Positions 1 to 11,394 of a stretch of 64,000 bases of DNA are shown here, piece by piece. A program made the position numbers and the translations under genes. The stretch lies in the NCBI GenBank assembly GCA_010015585.1, contig ML975160.1, one strand, 5' to 3'. Source of the DNA: Eremomyces bilateralis CBS 781.70 (lineage: Eukaryota). Positions within the stretch are counted from its first letter, which is position 1, and the number at the start of each line of letters is the position of its first letter. The notes under the pieces were generated by a model. That model was not told the DNA's origin. It was given only the letters and a program-made list of their open reading frames with translations, and searched no databases.

Positions 1-9
1 ATCGAAACA

Positions 10-1416
10 ATGTCTTTCTCGTCCCGCTTCGACACATGGCTTTCATGTACCTTGTTTCTCGTTTTCCTAGCTCTGATATCATTCACAGCAGCAGACGTTA
101 CAATAATCCCCGGAAATCCAGATCCGAGGCCTTACAATGAGGAATTCGACAGGCGAATTAGTTCCATTGATGAGCTATTTCAAACTAGCGCCTTCAATGA
201 GGCACACTATACTCTCAACGACACCCATATTATCACCTCTTCTGCAGACACTCCAAACGGAACAATCTCCAAAGACACATATGCGTCATCCGACTCCTTC
301 GTCCGGAGTACCATCCAAGCATGGGGTCAGCACCATCATCTAGTCATTCGTCCAGACGAAGTATGGTTTACCATATTGGCACAAATGAACTTCTACATGA
401 ATGACCACGCGGAGGATGTACGTGACGTGTTTGTCACATTTGAAGGAAAGCAAGAAATCAGAGTCTTTGACCGGACATGGCATCAAGTGATTGACCAATT
501 CGCTGAGGAGATACAAAAACGTGTCAAAACTCCCTGGTTACTCGACTGGATGATGCCGGAATTCAGTACCAGTACGGACAATGACGCGACGACGGCAACC
601 GTGCTCATGATGGGCCTCTTCCAAGCTTACTTCGACTACTTAGGGGGTATCATTTGCGGATTGCCCTCAGTCACCCTCCTAGGTACCAAGGCCGACTGGG
701 AGCGACTACTCGCTAAACTCGACCATCTGCCAGATTTTGGTGCCGAGCCGACAATGTACCAGGGCCGTTTGAAACCAATCCTCAGTCGGTTTGTGGAATC
801 TTTTGATAAACCGAGCGACCCCAAAATCCGCGAGTTTTGGAATTCCATTATCAATGCCGAGCCCCAGCACTTGTGCGGAGGTCCGCCCTACCGTATCTCC
901 GGCTGGCTGACCGGGTTCATATCCTGGGATAAGGACGGGAAATACATGGCGACCGGGACTACGAATGAACTGCTTGACGGGATCTCATATCCGTCTTATG
1001 AAATCGACAAACTTCCAATCGGGTATGCGGGGACACCGATCACGCTGTTGGACTATCCTCGCCCAAGGGCCCCAAAGTTCCCTGCGTACATAATCGCTGG
1101 CAATCTAGGGAAGGAAATCAAACAAACTGTACCAGCTGGCTATCTCGATGCCCTAGCCAGCGTCAATTCAAGCCTGGCAGATATCGAGCGTGCAGGTCTT
1201 GAATCAACCCCCAAGAAGCATTGGACGGTCCAGCCTCTCAATGCCTGGCTGATGTATGGTCCAGTACCGACGAATGAGACCAATCGCCGGGACAGTGGTG
1301 ATACCGAACTGAACAACTTGGTTAGCATGATCAGGACAGGGACCTGCGATGCGTCTCAGGACCCAGGAAAACCGTTTAATATCCTAAATCCGCCACGAAA
1401 AAGGAGGGCCAATTAG
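10..1416 (+). CDS. DUF4419-family protein with predicted signal peptide
   Basis: 468-aa single ORF. Hydrophobic N-terminus (LFLVFLALISFTAA). Family-type motifs SFVRSTIQAWGQHHHLVIRPDEVWFTIL, PEFSTST and CGLPSVTLLGTKADW. Confidence 0.8.
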   Translation: MSFSSRFDTWLSCTLFLVFLALISFTAADVTIIPGNPDPRPYNEEFDRRISSIDELFQTSAFNEAHYTLNDTHIITSSADTPNGTISKDTYASSDSFVRSTIQAWGQHHHLVIRPDEVWFTILAQMNFYMNDHAEDVRDVFVTFEGKQEIRVFDRTWHQVIDQFAEEIQKRVKTPWLLDWMMPEFSTSTDNDATTATVLMMGLFQAYFDYLGGIICGLPSVTLLGTKADWERLLAKLDHLPDFGAEPTMYQGRLKPILSRFVESFDKPSDPKIREFWNSIINAEPQHLCGGPPYRISGWLTGFISWDKDGKYMATGTTNELLDGISYPSYEIDKLPIGYAGTPITLLDYPRPRAPKFPAYIIAGNLGKEIKQTVPAGYLDALASVNSSLADIERAGLESTPKKHWTVQPLNAWLMYGPVPTNETNRRDSGDTELNNLVSMIRTGTCDASQDPGKPFNILNPPRKRRAN

Positions 1417-1680
1417 CGCCCGAGGATGGAAGCCGGCTTTTTCCACGGCAAACTAAGGGACTTCCAGTTGGAGGGGGCAGTCTTGGCTCCTCAGATACGG
1501 TTGCTCTAGGTTCATTGGACAGTACTCTACAGTTTGGCTCTGCAAATGGAGCTGCTGGAGCGGCTATTCGGGACGGATCGAATGTTGACGATGCTGCGGC
1601 ATGCCAGTGGCGATTCAAGGCTACGCAAACATTCAACTGTAACATAGGACCGAGAGCAGAGCCAACTACATGAATTTGTT

Positions 1681-1790
1681 TAAGTTGCAGTAGTTAGTTA
1701 ACTTAACTAAGTTAGTTAACTAGTTAGTTATAAGTTAGTTAAGTTAGTTACAATTAATAGAATGCTAAAAAATCGTGATAATTAAATATA
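1681..1790. repeat. AT-rich TTAG/TAGT low-complexity tract (possible RIP-type scar)
   Basis: TAGTTAGTTAACTTAACTAAGTTAGTTAACTAGTTAGTTATAAGTTAGTTAAGTTAGTTAC, strongly TpA-rich relative to the flanks. Confidence 0.7.
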
Positions 1791-1905
1791 TATTTTTCCC
1801 TTGGGAGATATTCAGTGAAGTGTTACTGACTGCTACTGAACCTGTATCCACAAACTTGAGGTTCAATGCTCAGCTTTCTGCGGCATCTGCTCCAAGATCG
1901 ATACG

Positions 1906-2151
1906 TTAGATGTAGCAGGTGTCCACCCAGAAGTGTTCCAATCCATCACGAGCAGCCTGCTCTCCGCAAAATTCGATCTTATTGTAGCCAGCCTTGTTCT
2001 TTCCCGTCCCGTTGATGAATTCGTCAAGCGTCACCTCCTCGCCATGCTTCCATGTATGTGAGAGTACGACATACTTCTTCGGAACATCGTCGGTAGCCAA
2101 ATCTTCCGTCAGACTGAGGTGACGGTTGCTGCCGCGCTTCAAGAAACGCAT
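1906..2151 (-). pseudogene. Truncated HET-domain (HET-E-like heterokaryon incompatibility) gene fragment
   Basis: MRFL...YVVLSHTW...EEVT...KAGYNKIEFCGEQAARDGLEHFWVDTCYI* matches the HET N-terminal motifs (YAILSHTW, WVDTCCIDK). It stops at WVDTCYI and similarity is lost before the AT-rich tract. Confidence 0.85.
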
Positions 2152-3180
2152 TGCTCTTGCTCGTACCTGTTAACGCTCCAGGAAGCCAGAGTGCCGACGG
2201 TACTGGACATCGCTCTTTGTTGGAGAATAGATGAATAATAAAGATATGCCGGAACAGACATGAAAATGCGAATAAGGCTGGAGTGGTTCAGCCTCATGAC
2301 TGTTGAATGTGCAGACTGCTTCACGCGCTTGACTGTGGCTGTGTTTATAATGAAGCTGATGGGCCACCCGCTATATTCCAACATTGCAATCAGCCACTCC
2401 TCAACGTCAATGGCTCGGTGTGAGACACAACCACAATTTTCTAAATCTTAATTAATAACTGTCATGAAGCATACAGTGGCATGTGTGCAGTGTGCAAGTC
2501 TGACATTTATGTTTCACCTTCATCGTCGCGACTTCCCTTACAGCGTCTCTGGGTCGGCATTTCACGTTCAGGTGAAGTAACTCAAAAACTTGGCCATTAT
2601 TAACTAGGTTTCTATTAGAGATGCAGGATGGAACAGTATTCCCCAATCCTGATGCTTCAATTCCATATTGACTTATTGAGCCTCCTCAAGTTTGTTTCTT
2701 GACATTTTGCGTTATCCGCACAGGTCCAGAGCTCGTGCACCTAAAAGGTCGTCGAGCCAAACTGCCTACGCCGGTGTTCTCGACATCACGCTTACGTTGC
2801 ACTTCGACGATGTCGTCGTAGCTCGTCACCTTTGCCCTAAAATATCTTCAAATCGAAGAGAGAGAATGAACTTTGAGGGGCAACAGGGCCGGCTTGTTGA
2901 GAGGGGCGGTTAGTCAGCCAGACAGGAGGACACCTCCACAGGAGGACAAATGATATGTGCCTCCATGCCTCAGGAATCAATCCCCGTTGCTGGGGCAAGC
3001 CAGGCCATGCGGATCCACCCAATCAGATATGAGCCCGCGTAAACATCTCAACCACCAACATCGAAGTCCAGTCAACTCTTGAATCCTTGCATCACGTCGC
3101 ACAATCCCAAGCATCTACTTAAATACGTTAAATACTGGTTGAAATACAACATCTGGATCCCGGACTTGTCATTCGGTTTG

Positions 3181-5507
3181 ATGGAATCACGTTCAGTGGC
3201 AGCCCTTGGCTCGCCCGGTGCACCTCTGCATCCTCTCTCCCCAGAACGCGTAAATGCCGCCCGGACGCCGCAGAGCACGATGACGAAAATGCCTCAATCA
3301 CCATCTGCTCCCGAGTTTGGGAAGCCTGCGTTCACAGACGCCGTGCAGAACGGATCACCGACCCGTGGTTCGCCCCTTCGATCCCATCGCCGGAACGACT
3401 CTGAGGCGAGCGTGCACGGAATGGTTGCACGATTCAATGCATTGGAGATACGCGATCACCAAGAACTGCATCGGAGAGATGAACTGGCGTTGAAACGCTC
3501 GGAGATGGCGCGCGACATGGCGGAGAAGGAGGTCGACAGGTTTAGGTCTGAATGTGGGGAGCTGGATGACGAAGTACGGAGACTCAGAGAAGAGATGCGA
3601 CAGATGAAGAAGGACGTGGAAGAAGGCAAGGATAGGGAACGAAGAGTGATGAAACGGTTAGATGTTGTCATGGTCAGCTTGAATGTACCTGTCCGTTTAT
3701 ACATCGATACTGACTTCAGTTGTAGGAAGATGCACATCGTGGGAAGGAAACGACCGGCCGCACCACCGCGCTATATGAGAAAGAGATTCGCAAGGCACGA
3801 AAAGAAGCATTCAAATCATCCTCCGCCCTCGTCAAGCTCCAAGAAGAGCTCAAAGCCTCGCGAAGTTCGCTGCGGGCATGCCAAACGAACCTCGAAACGG
3901 AACGGGGTAAGGCGTCCCGTCGCGAACAAGAGGCATTCACCGCGCAGTACCAACTCGTTGGCGTCCAAGAGGAGCTACAAAAGATGAGAGAGCGTATAAA
4001 GGTTGTGGAGGAAGAGCGAGATGCGCTCAAGACGAGCCTGCAAGGAGAGGAGATCTCGCGAATCGCAGCGGAAGGTCGTATCGCGTTGCCAACCGGCGCA
4101 GACGATGATGAAGAGTTCGCCTCGCCCGTCAAATCTCCACGCAAAATGCAAAGACTGGATGAAGAGAACAAGGAGAACCTCATGCCGGCCCGTAAAGTCG
4201 AGTTAAAGTTGCTGACTGAGCAATTGGAGCGCGAAACGAGGCTTCGCGCACGAGCGGAGGAACAGGCTGAATTCATGAAGATTGAGTGTCAGTTCGAATG
4301 TTGTTCCTGTCGAATTGCAGAACGGACTGGCTCTCGATATGTCCACGACGATAGCTTTGAGGCGGACATGCAGCGTATTCGCGAACAAGCTTCCGCCTCC
4401 TTACCTATTGAGCCGGAAGACCATGAGATGGAAGATACAACGTTTCCGGCCCCACAGGAGCCCCAGGAGCCCCAGGAGCCCCAGGAACACGAACGCCAGG
4501 AGCAGGAACGCCAGGAGCAGGAACGCCAGGAGCAGGAACGTCAGGAGCAGGAACGGCAGGAGCAGGAACGTCAGGAGCAGGAACGCCAGGAGCAGGAACG
4601 TCAGGAGCACGAACGTCAGGAGCACGAACGCCAGGAGCACGAACGTCAGGAGCACGAACGCCAGGAGCACGAACGTCAGGAGCAGGCACGTCAGGAGCAA
4701 GGACGCCAGGAGCAGGTACGTCAGGAACAGATTGGGGTCCGACCGGAGACTCCCATCAAAGTGGAAGAGCAGGAAGAGCATGAATCACGCGTAGAGGAGA
4801 CGGAGGAGATCTCCTTCTCACCTTCAACCGGAACATTCCGTCGCGTCTCTCTCCTTGCTCAACCCGTAGATGAACCCCGCGGCGACGTGGAAGAGAAACC
4901 AGAGGATGAGCCTACACCTCGGAAACCCTCACCTTCTGTCCCGCGAGCGAGCAGCGTCCTCCCCTACGAGGACACATTCTTCTCCATCCCCGATGACTCC
5001 ACTATACGCGCCGGCACGCCCCTCGACTTAGGCAACGACCTCCCCCCCTCCTCAGACAGCGTATTCACCGACGATACCGACGCGTCCACCCCCAAAGCCA
5101 GCCACCACCGCGTCACATCTCCTCCCCCCCCGTCAACCCCCGCAGACCGCGCGATCCGCACCGTCACCACCACGACCACCATCCCCATCCACTTCTCCCC
5201 CGGCGACGCCCTCCGTACCAACTTCATCCCCCCTAGCATCCCCCGCCCCGCGACCGTCGCCCACGTCTCTACCACGATGATGACGCCCGCGAAGAGCGAC
5301 GCCCTGCCACCGCTGACACCGTCGGCGGTCACCCCCGGCGCCCTGCGACCGGATGGCACGATCGATCGGGAGGCCGCGCTGGAGATGATTCGGCAGAGGC
5401 GGGGGCGCGCGCGGAGCCTGGCGATGGGGAGTGCGACGCCGCGGCAGCCGATGGCAGGGATGGGGGAGCGAAGGGATATAAGTGCGCCGATGAAGCTTCA
5501 TGGATGA
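3181..5507 (+). CDS. Coiled-coil protein of unknown function (intron 3673-3725)
   Basis: ATG at 3181. The intron GTCAGC...CTGAC...TGTAG joins DVVM to EDAHRGKE...LYEKEIRKARKEAFK, which runs in frame into ORF 3984-5507. Contains a CQFECCSCR motif and a P/T-rich tail. Confidence 0.8.
4455..4730 (+). repeat. Coding minisatellite: 9-bp (QEP) and 15-bp (QEQER/QEHER) tandem repeats
   Basis: CAGGAGCCC x3, followed by about 14-15 copies of GAACG(C/T)CAGGAGCA(G/C). Confidence 0.95.
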
Positions 5508-6025
5508 TGCGTGTGCTGACGTCCGGAGGTCGAGGATAATACAATTCTTCGGATATCGGTTTGCTTGCACGAGTTCATCTTTCTGGGGGGAAGAGCATTA
5601 TCGGGTCTGTCGCATTATAGCATGGCGTGTGGGATATGGCTGAAGGAGTGTATCATTCTTCACTTAGCTTTGGCGGCGCACGGAAGAGCGCGGTGGTCCC
5701 TGCCTTTGACAAATCTCCATACATGTAGTACATAGGTCAATTAATATTGCTCCTCAACTCTGCTCTTCTCCACTCCGACCAATTCCGAATATGCTACTGG
5801 ACATGCCCCCTAAGCGAAGTCCACCATCCTGTAGAAACCAATGAATTCACAACAGCAGGAGTACAATGTACTTGATATCATATATTCTTCTACGTAGGAA
5901 GCTTGACTTTTATACCGAGGAAAGCCATCCTCTGCTCGCCGATTTCATGCAATGCAAAGAAAACAGTCCCATGTAATCCAGCCACTCTCCCCTCCGAATT
6001 TTCCCAACACCACCTAACGACCGCT

Positions 6026-6818
6026 TTAACGATTGCTCTTGGCCACACGCTCCAACTCATCCTTCTTCTTGATCGCGTACGAGTTGCTGCTTCCCTTGGC
6101 CGCGTTGATCAGCTCCTCGGCCAGGCACTCGGCGATGGACTTGACGTTGCGGAAGGCGGCCTCGCGGGCTCCGATGGTGAGGAGGGCGATGGCCTGGTTG
6201 ACGCGGCGCAGCGGGGACACGTCGACGGCTTGACGACGGACGGTACCGGCGGAGCCGATGCGGGTGGAGTCTTCGCGGGGACCGCAGTTGACGATGGCGT
6301 CGACGGCGACCTGGATGGGGTTCTGGTCGGTCATGACGTGAACCTGGTGGTAGAGTTAGCACAGAAACTTTCGGTCATGGAAAATTCGCTTTGGGACGTG
6401 TGGGATGTGGGTGGACATACGATCTCGAATGCGTGGGCGACGATGCGGACGGCCATCAGCTTTTTACCGTTGTTGCGGCCGTTCATCATCAGGGAGTTGG
6501 TGAGGCGCTCGATGATGGGGCATTGGGCCTTGCGGAATCGCTTGACGGCATAGCGGCCGGCAGAGTGGGTGATGTAGACGGGGGATCGGATTTGGATATA
6601 ATCACTGATGCGCCTCAGGTTAGCGATATGGGCTTCTTCGAACCGTCCGGCGGTCCTGAACGGCTGCCAACGTACGTCAAAGAGATATCACGGATCTCGA
6701 CATCCTCGTAGCTCCATTTGTTGAACAGCTTGATGCTGCCAATCTCCTCGGTGACCTCCTTGGGAAGGATCTGGAACCCCGAAGGGTTCTCGACTTCGAT
6801 CTCGCCGTTGTCAGACAT
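6026..6818 (-). CDS. RPS5: 40S ribosomal protein S5 (uS7); exons 6818-6676, 6604-6421, 6343-6026
   Basis: [36 protein letters not shown] and [19 protein letters not shown]. Two GT-AG introns with CTAAC branch sites. Confidence 0.98.
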
Positions 6819-7421
6819 GGTTGTCGATAAGTTGCAGAAGCAAGTGGATGTGTAAGAGGCGCGTTATTGTCGTGACGATTCGTCCTAATAGGAGTCCTCA
6901 GTGATTTTTGTCAACAATGTTTTGCGCCTTGGCTGGATTGTGGATGTCGAGGTGGTTGGAGGGTGGGTTTGGCGAAACTTCTTTTGGGCTGTGGGAGCGA
7001 GAATCGCTAATGATGCTGGAATGGGTTTAGCGCGGTGGATTAGAAGCCTTGTCACCTGAGGCATTAATTCGAGAAGCGCATCATGTGATCCGAGTTGTCA
7101 CCCCAAACAAGAATCTGAATGACACCTAAGGCATAAAGTATTTCTTCCTCTTACTGCGTAAGTCATGCAGAATACTATGACGGCTAAACCTGACTCGAGA
7201 TAATATTCCACTCTTTCCACATCACTGATCAAGTCATCAAGACCATCACTATTCAGTATTCACTGCCCACTGGAGCTGACTGCTGAGCAATACGAACCAT
7301 CCCACCAACCCCGGAAAGTCTGAATGATACCACAACTGACACTCATCAGCATTTTCAATTCCCCGAAACTGAACAGCTAGAAATCCATCGAATTGGTCTT
7401 CCTCTGAACACCTCCCTCGCA

Positions 7422-8585
7422 ATGGGCCTTGTCTTCAAGGCCCTTGCGCCGGTGCGATACGTGCTCAATTTATTACTCCCGTTCACGAAGCCGGCAACAC
7501 CTATATGGCGAGACATTCTGCATAGCGTCGTGCTGTGCACACTCCTCTATTATGGCCCGGAGATATCAAGACTATGGTGGGTAGAGGAGGAGCGAAGAGA
7601 AATCCCCGATGACGGCAGACATCAGGAGCCTATAAACGTCGCCGACGACACCAATCCGGTTCCGGAAGCAGGACCCGGCCAGGTCGAAGTATGTCAAACG
7701 TTCTACCATCATCTCACCGAAACTGACCTCATCCGCCAGATTCCTCGCGCGCCCACTCCCCCAACCCAACCCAACCGCTTCCAATACGTCGAAGACGACT
7801 CCGACGCCGACGACCGCCCACCCCACCCCGCCCCCGACGCCGAAGACCTCCTTCCCGCCCCCGTCCACCCCCTCCAACAAATATTCCCGCACATCTTCCC
7901 CAACATTGCCGCTCCAGACAACCCGATGGAATTCCCGCCGCCGCCCCCACCCCCGCCGCAACCCCCGCAGCGACCGCAGCGACCGCAACCCCCACCCCCC
8001 GCGCAACGCGGCGACCGTACGGTCGGCAAGAAGAAATCCGCGTCGCTGCAGCGCAAGGAAGAACGGCGGGCGTACAACGAGTTCATGAGGTCGCAGGGGA
8101 ACGCGGCGCGGGAGGCGATCGCGGCGGAGCAGGCGGAGCGGGCGGGGCGGGATGCGGAGGAGAAGAGGCGGAGGGAGGAGTATGTACGGCAGACGGAGGA
8201 GAGGCAGAGGAAGGAGAGGGAGGAGAGGATGAGGAGGGAGAGGGAGGCGGAGGAGGAGAGGCGGGAGGTGGTGGAGAGGGCGGAGAGGGAGGTGAGGCGG
8301 AGGGGGGCGGTGAGGTTGGTGGAGTTGGCGGCGAGAGGGAAGAAGGGGAGGGATGAGGCGTGGGTGGAAGGGGTGCTGAAAAGAGGGGGGGTTCTGGGTA
8401 AGGGGAACGGGGCGGTGATTATGATTACTGAGACGGGGTGGTTGGTGAGAGTCGATGAGGGCCGCATGGCAAAATTCTGGGAAGCGGCTAGCAAGGAGGC
8501 CGAGGTGAAGGATAAGCTTGAGATGGAAGATATGGCGGCGGTATTGGGTCGAGTGTTGGTGCAGCAGAGCCGGGAAAAGGGATGA
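7422..8585 (+). CDS. Membrane-anchored coiled-coil protein, DDRGK1/UFBP1-like (probable in-frame 51-bp intron 7689-7739)
   Basis: N-terminal hydrophobic segments, Pro-rich linker, RTVGKKK motif, E/R-rich helix and a C-terminal winged-helix-like region. Intron GTATGT...CTGAC...CAG. Confidence 0.65.
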   Translation: MGLVFKALAPVRYVLNLLLPFTKPATPIWRDILHSVVLCTLLYYGPEISRLWWVEEERREIPDDGRHQEPINVADDTNPVPEAGPGQVEVCQTFYHHLTETDLIRQIPRAPTPPTQPNRFQYVEDDSDADDRPPHPAPDAEDLLPAPVHPLQQIFPHIFPNIAAPDNPMEFPPPPPPPPQPPQRPQRPQPPPPAQRGDRTVGKKKSASLQRKEERRAYNEFMRSQGNAAREAIAAEQAERAGRDAEEKRRREEYVRQTEERQRKEREERMRREREAEEERREVVERAEREVRRRGAVRLVELAARGKKGRDEAWVEGVLKRGGVLGKGNGAVIMITETGWLVRVDEGRMAKFWEAASKEAEVKDKLEMEDMAAVLGRVLVQQSREKG

Positions 8586-9303
8586 GCGGGAATGCCGTTG
8601 GCCTAGTTGGACTCCATCTAATAGCTCGAACACCTTTATGTTCTTCATACCCGGCAAAACAATCCCCGGACGGAAAGGCATGAAGCGGCTCCCATGCTCT
8701 TCAAGAATGTCGCAGAGACTGCCCGTGTTTCAATATCTGCGTAATATGTCTTAGACGAGGGCATGAAGGCCGCAGGGCAATGTATCTGATGAGATAGATG
8801 AGCGTGGAGTCTGTTAAACTCCTGCATCTCACCATAGATATATAAGGCACTATGGGAAGTAATCATCACTGTCTTAGCCGTGACACCCATGACGAAGAGA
8901 TCATTTGCTGCATTGCATGTGGATTCGTGTTACGCAAGTATTATACCGCAAAATTCAAGATGTGGAGTTGGCATTCCCGTTCGATTCTAAGATGCAATCC
9001 ATTTCCCTTGCAAGAGAACTTTTGTAAGAGTTTGATGTATTAACTCCACCTCTTGAGCTCCAGATCTGTTCATCTTTCTCACTTTACTATCCTAGGGCAA
9101 TGAAAGACTCAAGTTGCAACCTTTCCCACAGCTGATATCCTTTCCGACTTCCATCTTTTAACCTTCTCAGGGATTGTTCCATGATTCGTCGCCCGGATTC
9201 GGAACGGCCGGAATGTGGTCGCATGGAAAGGAATGATCTCGCGCCTGCAGTGTCTATGCACGCTCGGAAAATGTATGATTGGAAAACAATGTGACCGAGG
9301 AAC

Positions 9304-11394
9304 CTATCGTTTATGCGCACGTTTGAGTTTCGAGAGGTAAGAAGACATGGAGGTGAACGAGAAGTCGGTCAGCTCCGAGTCCGCAATACTCGCTGTCTCG
9401 CCGGAATCGACGAATCTACAAAGCCAATGTTAGAGAGGGCACTTATAAAGTGGGTATGGTGGATGCGACGATGTCAAATGGGATGGGAATCGCAGGAATT
9501 GATGGTGGGATAGAATGGTTGCTTCATACCTGACCCAGGTGTTGCGGAATACATCGTCCTTGACCGACTCATACGCTTTGTCAAACGCCGCAACGGTAAA
9601 TTGGGCGGGAATTGGGGGAGGGTTGACAGAGGTGCTTTTGCGACGAATTGTATCGCCGCTCTTGTAAAGAGTCGTATCGCTTCTGGTTTTGACGTATGCG
9701 GGTTCGATTTCGGTGACAGGGATAGGATATAAACGATCCACGTCTGTCGTCGATGGTATATCTTCAGAAGTCATTGAACAACGTCGTTCGTTCGACCAGG
9801 GTGTGATGACATTTTCCGATTGTGAACGGCGCGAGGTCGCATTGTCTTCGAAAGGAACATATCGAAGACCAACAAACAGCCAAGAAAGCTCCTTGTATGT
9901 GTGGTAATCGATATTGATATTGAATCGAGCGGTCTGTGGATTCACAAGTGTGAAGAAAATGAGAGCGGCTTCCTCGTAGCGGTCTCGAAGTTGTTCCGGA
10001 TCCAATAGGCCTAGTTGCAGCTGGACGGCCCATTTTCGCTTGAAGTCACGAACGGCTTTGAGGAAAACGATATTCTCCGCCGTGAACTCCTTTTCGGCCG
10101 TCCACTTCAGAAGGGGGTTGATATTGTAGGCAATCTGTAGCTCAAGGGACGCCAGGCTGTACACATCTTTCTTCTCACTTTTGGTCATGGTTGATTTTAC
10201 GCTCTGCGGACTGGACGGTCGTTGTGATTTGTTGTGCGCATCATGAAGAGGAAAATAGATCGAGACAAATTGCATGGTGATAAGGCCCGGGAGGAACCTA
10301 AGAATTGTGTTAGGTACACGCAAAATGTCGGCGGGGCACATCATGTACTCACCATCCGGCAGGGACGAACGACTTGCTGACCTTCATGAGACGAGGGTTG
10401 TCAGAGTACACAAATGCCAGCCAGAGTGGCGTCCCAGGAAGCCTATCGGCAGTATATCAGTGGAATTCTCTATCGGAGAATGATTCACCCTGGTTTAGTC
10501 ATGTCTTACGCGGCAATGATTGCAAGTCTGGTCTGCCATGCCCAGTAGTGGACATCTCGAATGTATCGTATGCGGAGCAGGACATATGGACCGAACACAC
10601 TCGCCCATAGAAACTGCCAGAAGACAGAGGGGATCCTGCTGAGTTAGTTGATGAACCAATTTGGTGGTGGATGACATACCATTCATATCCGCGGCAGCAG
10701 TCGGCAGGACCAACGTGTCTAGAAAAGAAGCCGTAGGAGCCATGGAATCGACGAGAACCGAAGAACAAGAACAGCGTCACGAAAAGCTGTGAATGTGAGT
10801 AAATCATAAATACCTGCGAAACACCACTGATGTAGATCGGGCTAGGATCACCAACCTGAACAGTAAGTCCTAAAGCAATGAAGACATATGTCTTGGTCGC
10901 ACTATTCTGCTCCCGCCACCACCGGAGAAGGCCACGCATTTCGGTCGGATACCTCGCTTTCCTTCCTCCTGTTGTAGGACTATTGATGAGACTGCGTTGC
11001 CCTTCATAGTACGCGGAAAGTCGAATATTCGAGGCTATGTCAATGTTATAAATGCATCTCAAGAGTAGGCGTTTGGTATACCTTGGAATAGCGCCACACT
11101 GAAAGGTAGCACTATAGACATCATCCAGAACTCCGTACCGCATTTAAGGATACCATTCAGAGGATACACGAGGACAACCGCCATGCTATACATGTGAATG
11201 CATAGAACAGCCGAAAAAATGGTCCAGAAGCCACGGATGCGCACAGCAGTAGTGTCGCGGTGGAGCCATAATGCCCATAGACCACCTAAGACGAAGATTG
11301 TATAGAGGAGGGAGAGGCAGATATAGAAGACACCAAGCCCGTTGAGGTTTGGTTCTCCGAAATCGTGTCCTTCTCTCCTAATGAGTGAAGCCAT
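9304..11394 (-). CDS. Multi-TM GPCR-like protein with C-terminal RGS domain (GprK/AtRGS1-type), multi-exon
   Basis: TM helices in ORF 11059-11394 (VRIRG...CGTEFWMMSIVLPFSVALFQ). RGS motifs KEFTAENIVFL, FNINID and FDKAYESVKDDVFRNTW. The last intron GTATGA...CTAAC...TAG gives a terminal exon ending at TAG 9304-9306. Confidence 0.85.

Noticed and set aside
4491..4730. CRISPR-like array
   Set aside because: The repeats are contiguous with no unique spacers, the context is eukaryotic and no cas genes are present.
4282..4794. Alternative-frame and antisense repeat ORFs (RSRNA, LLTF, PDVPA repeats)
   Set aside because: These are by-products of the 15-bp coding minisatellite.
7572..8681. Long antisense or overlapping ORFs here and over RPS5, FAO1, ABC, TRZ1 and bZIP
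   Set aside because: They are shadow ORFs caused by GC-rich codon bias and show no recognisable motifs.
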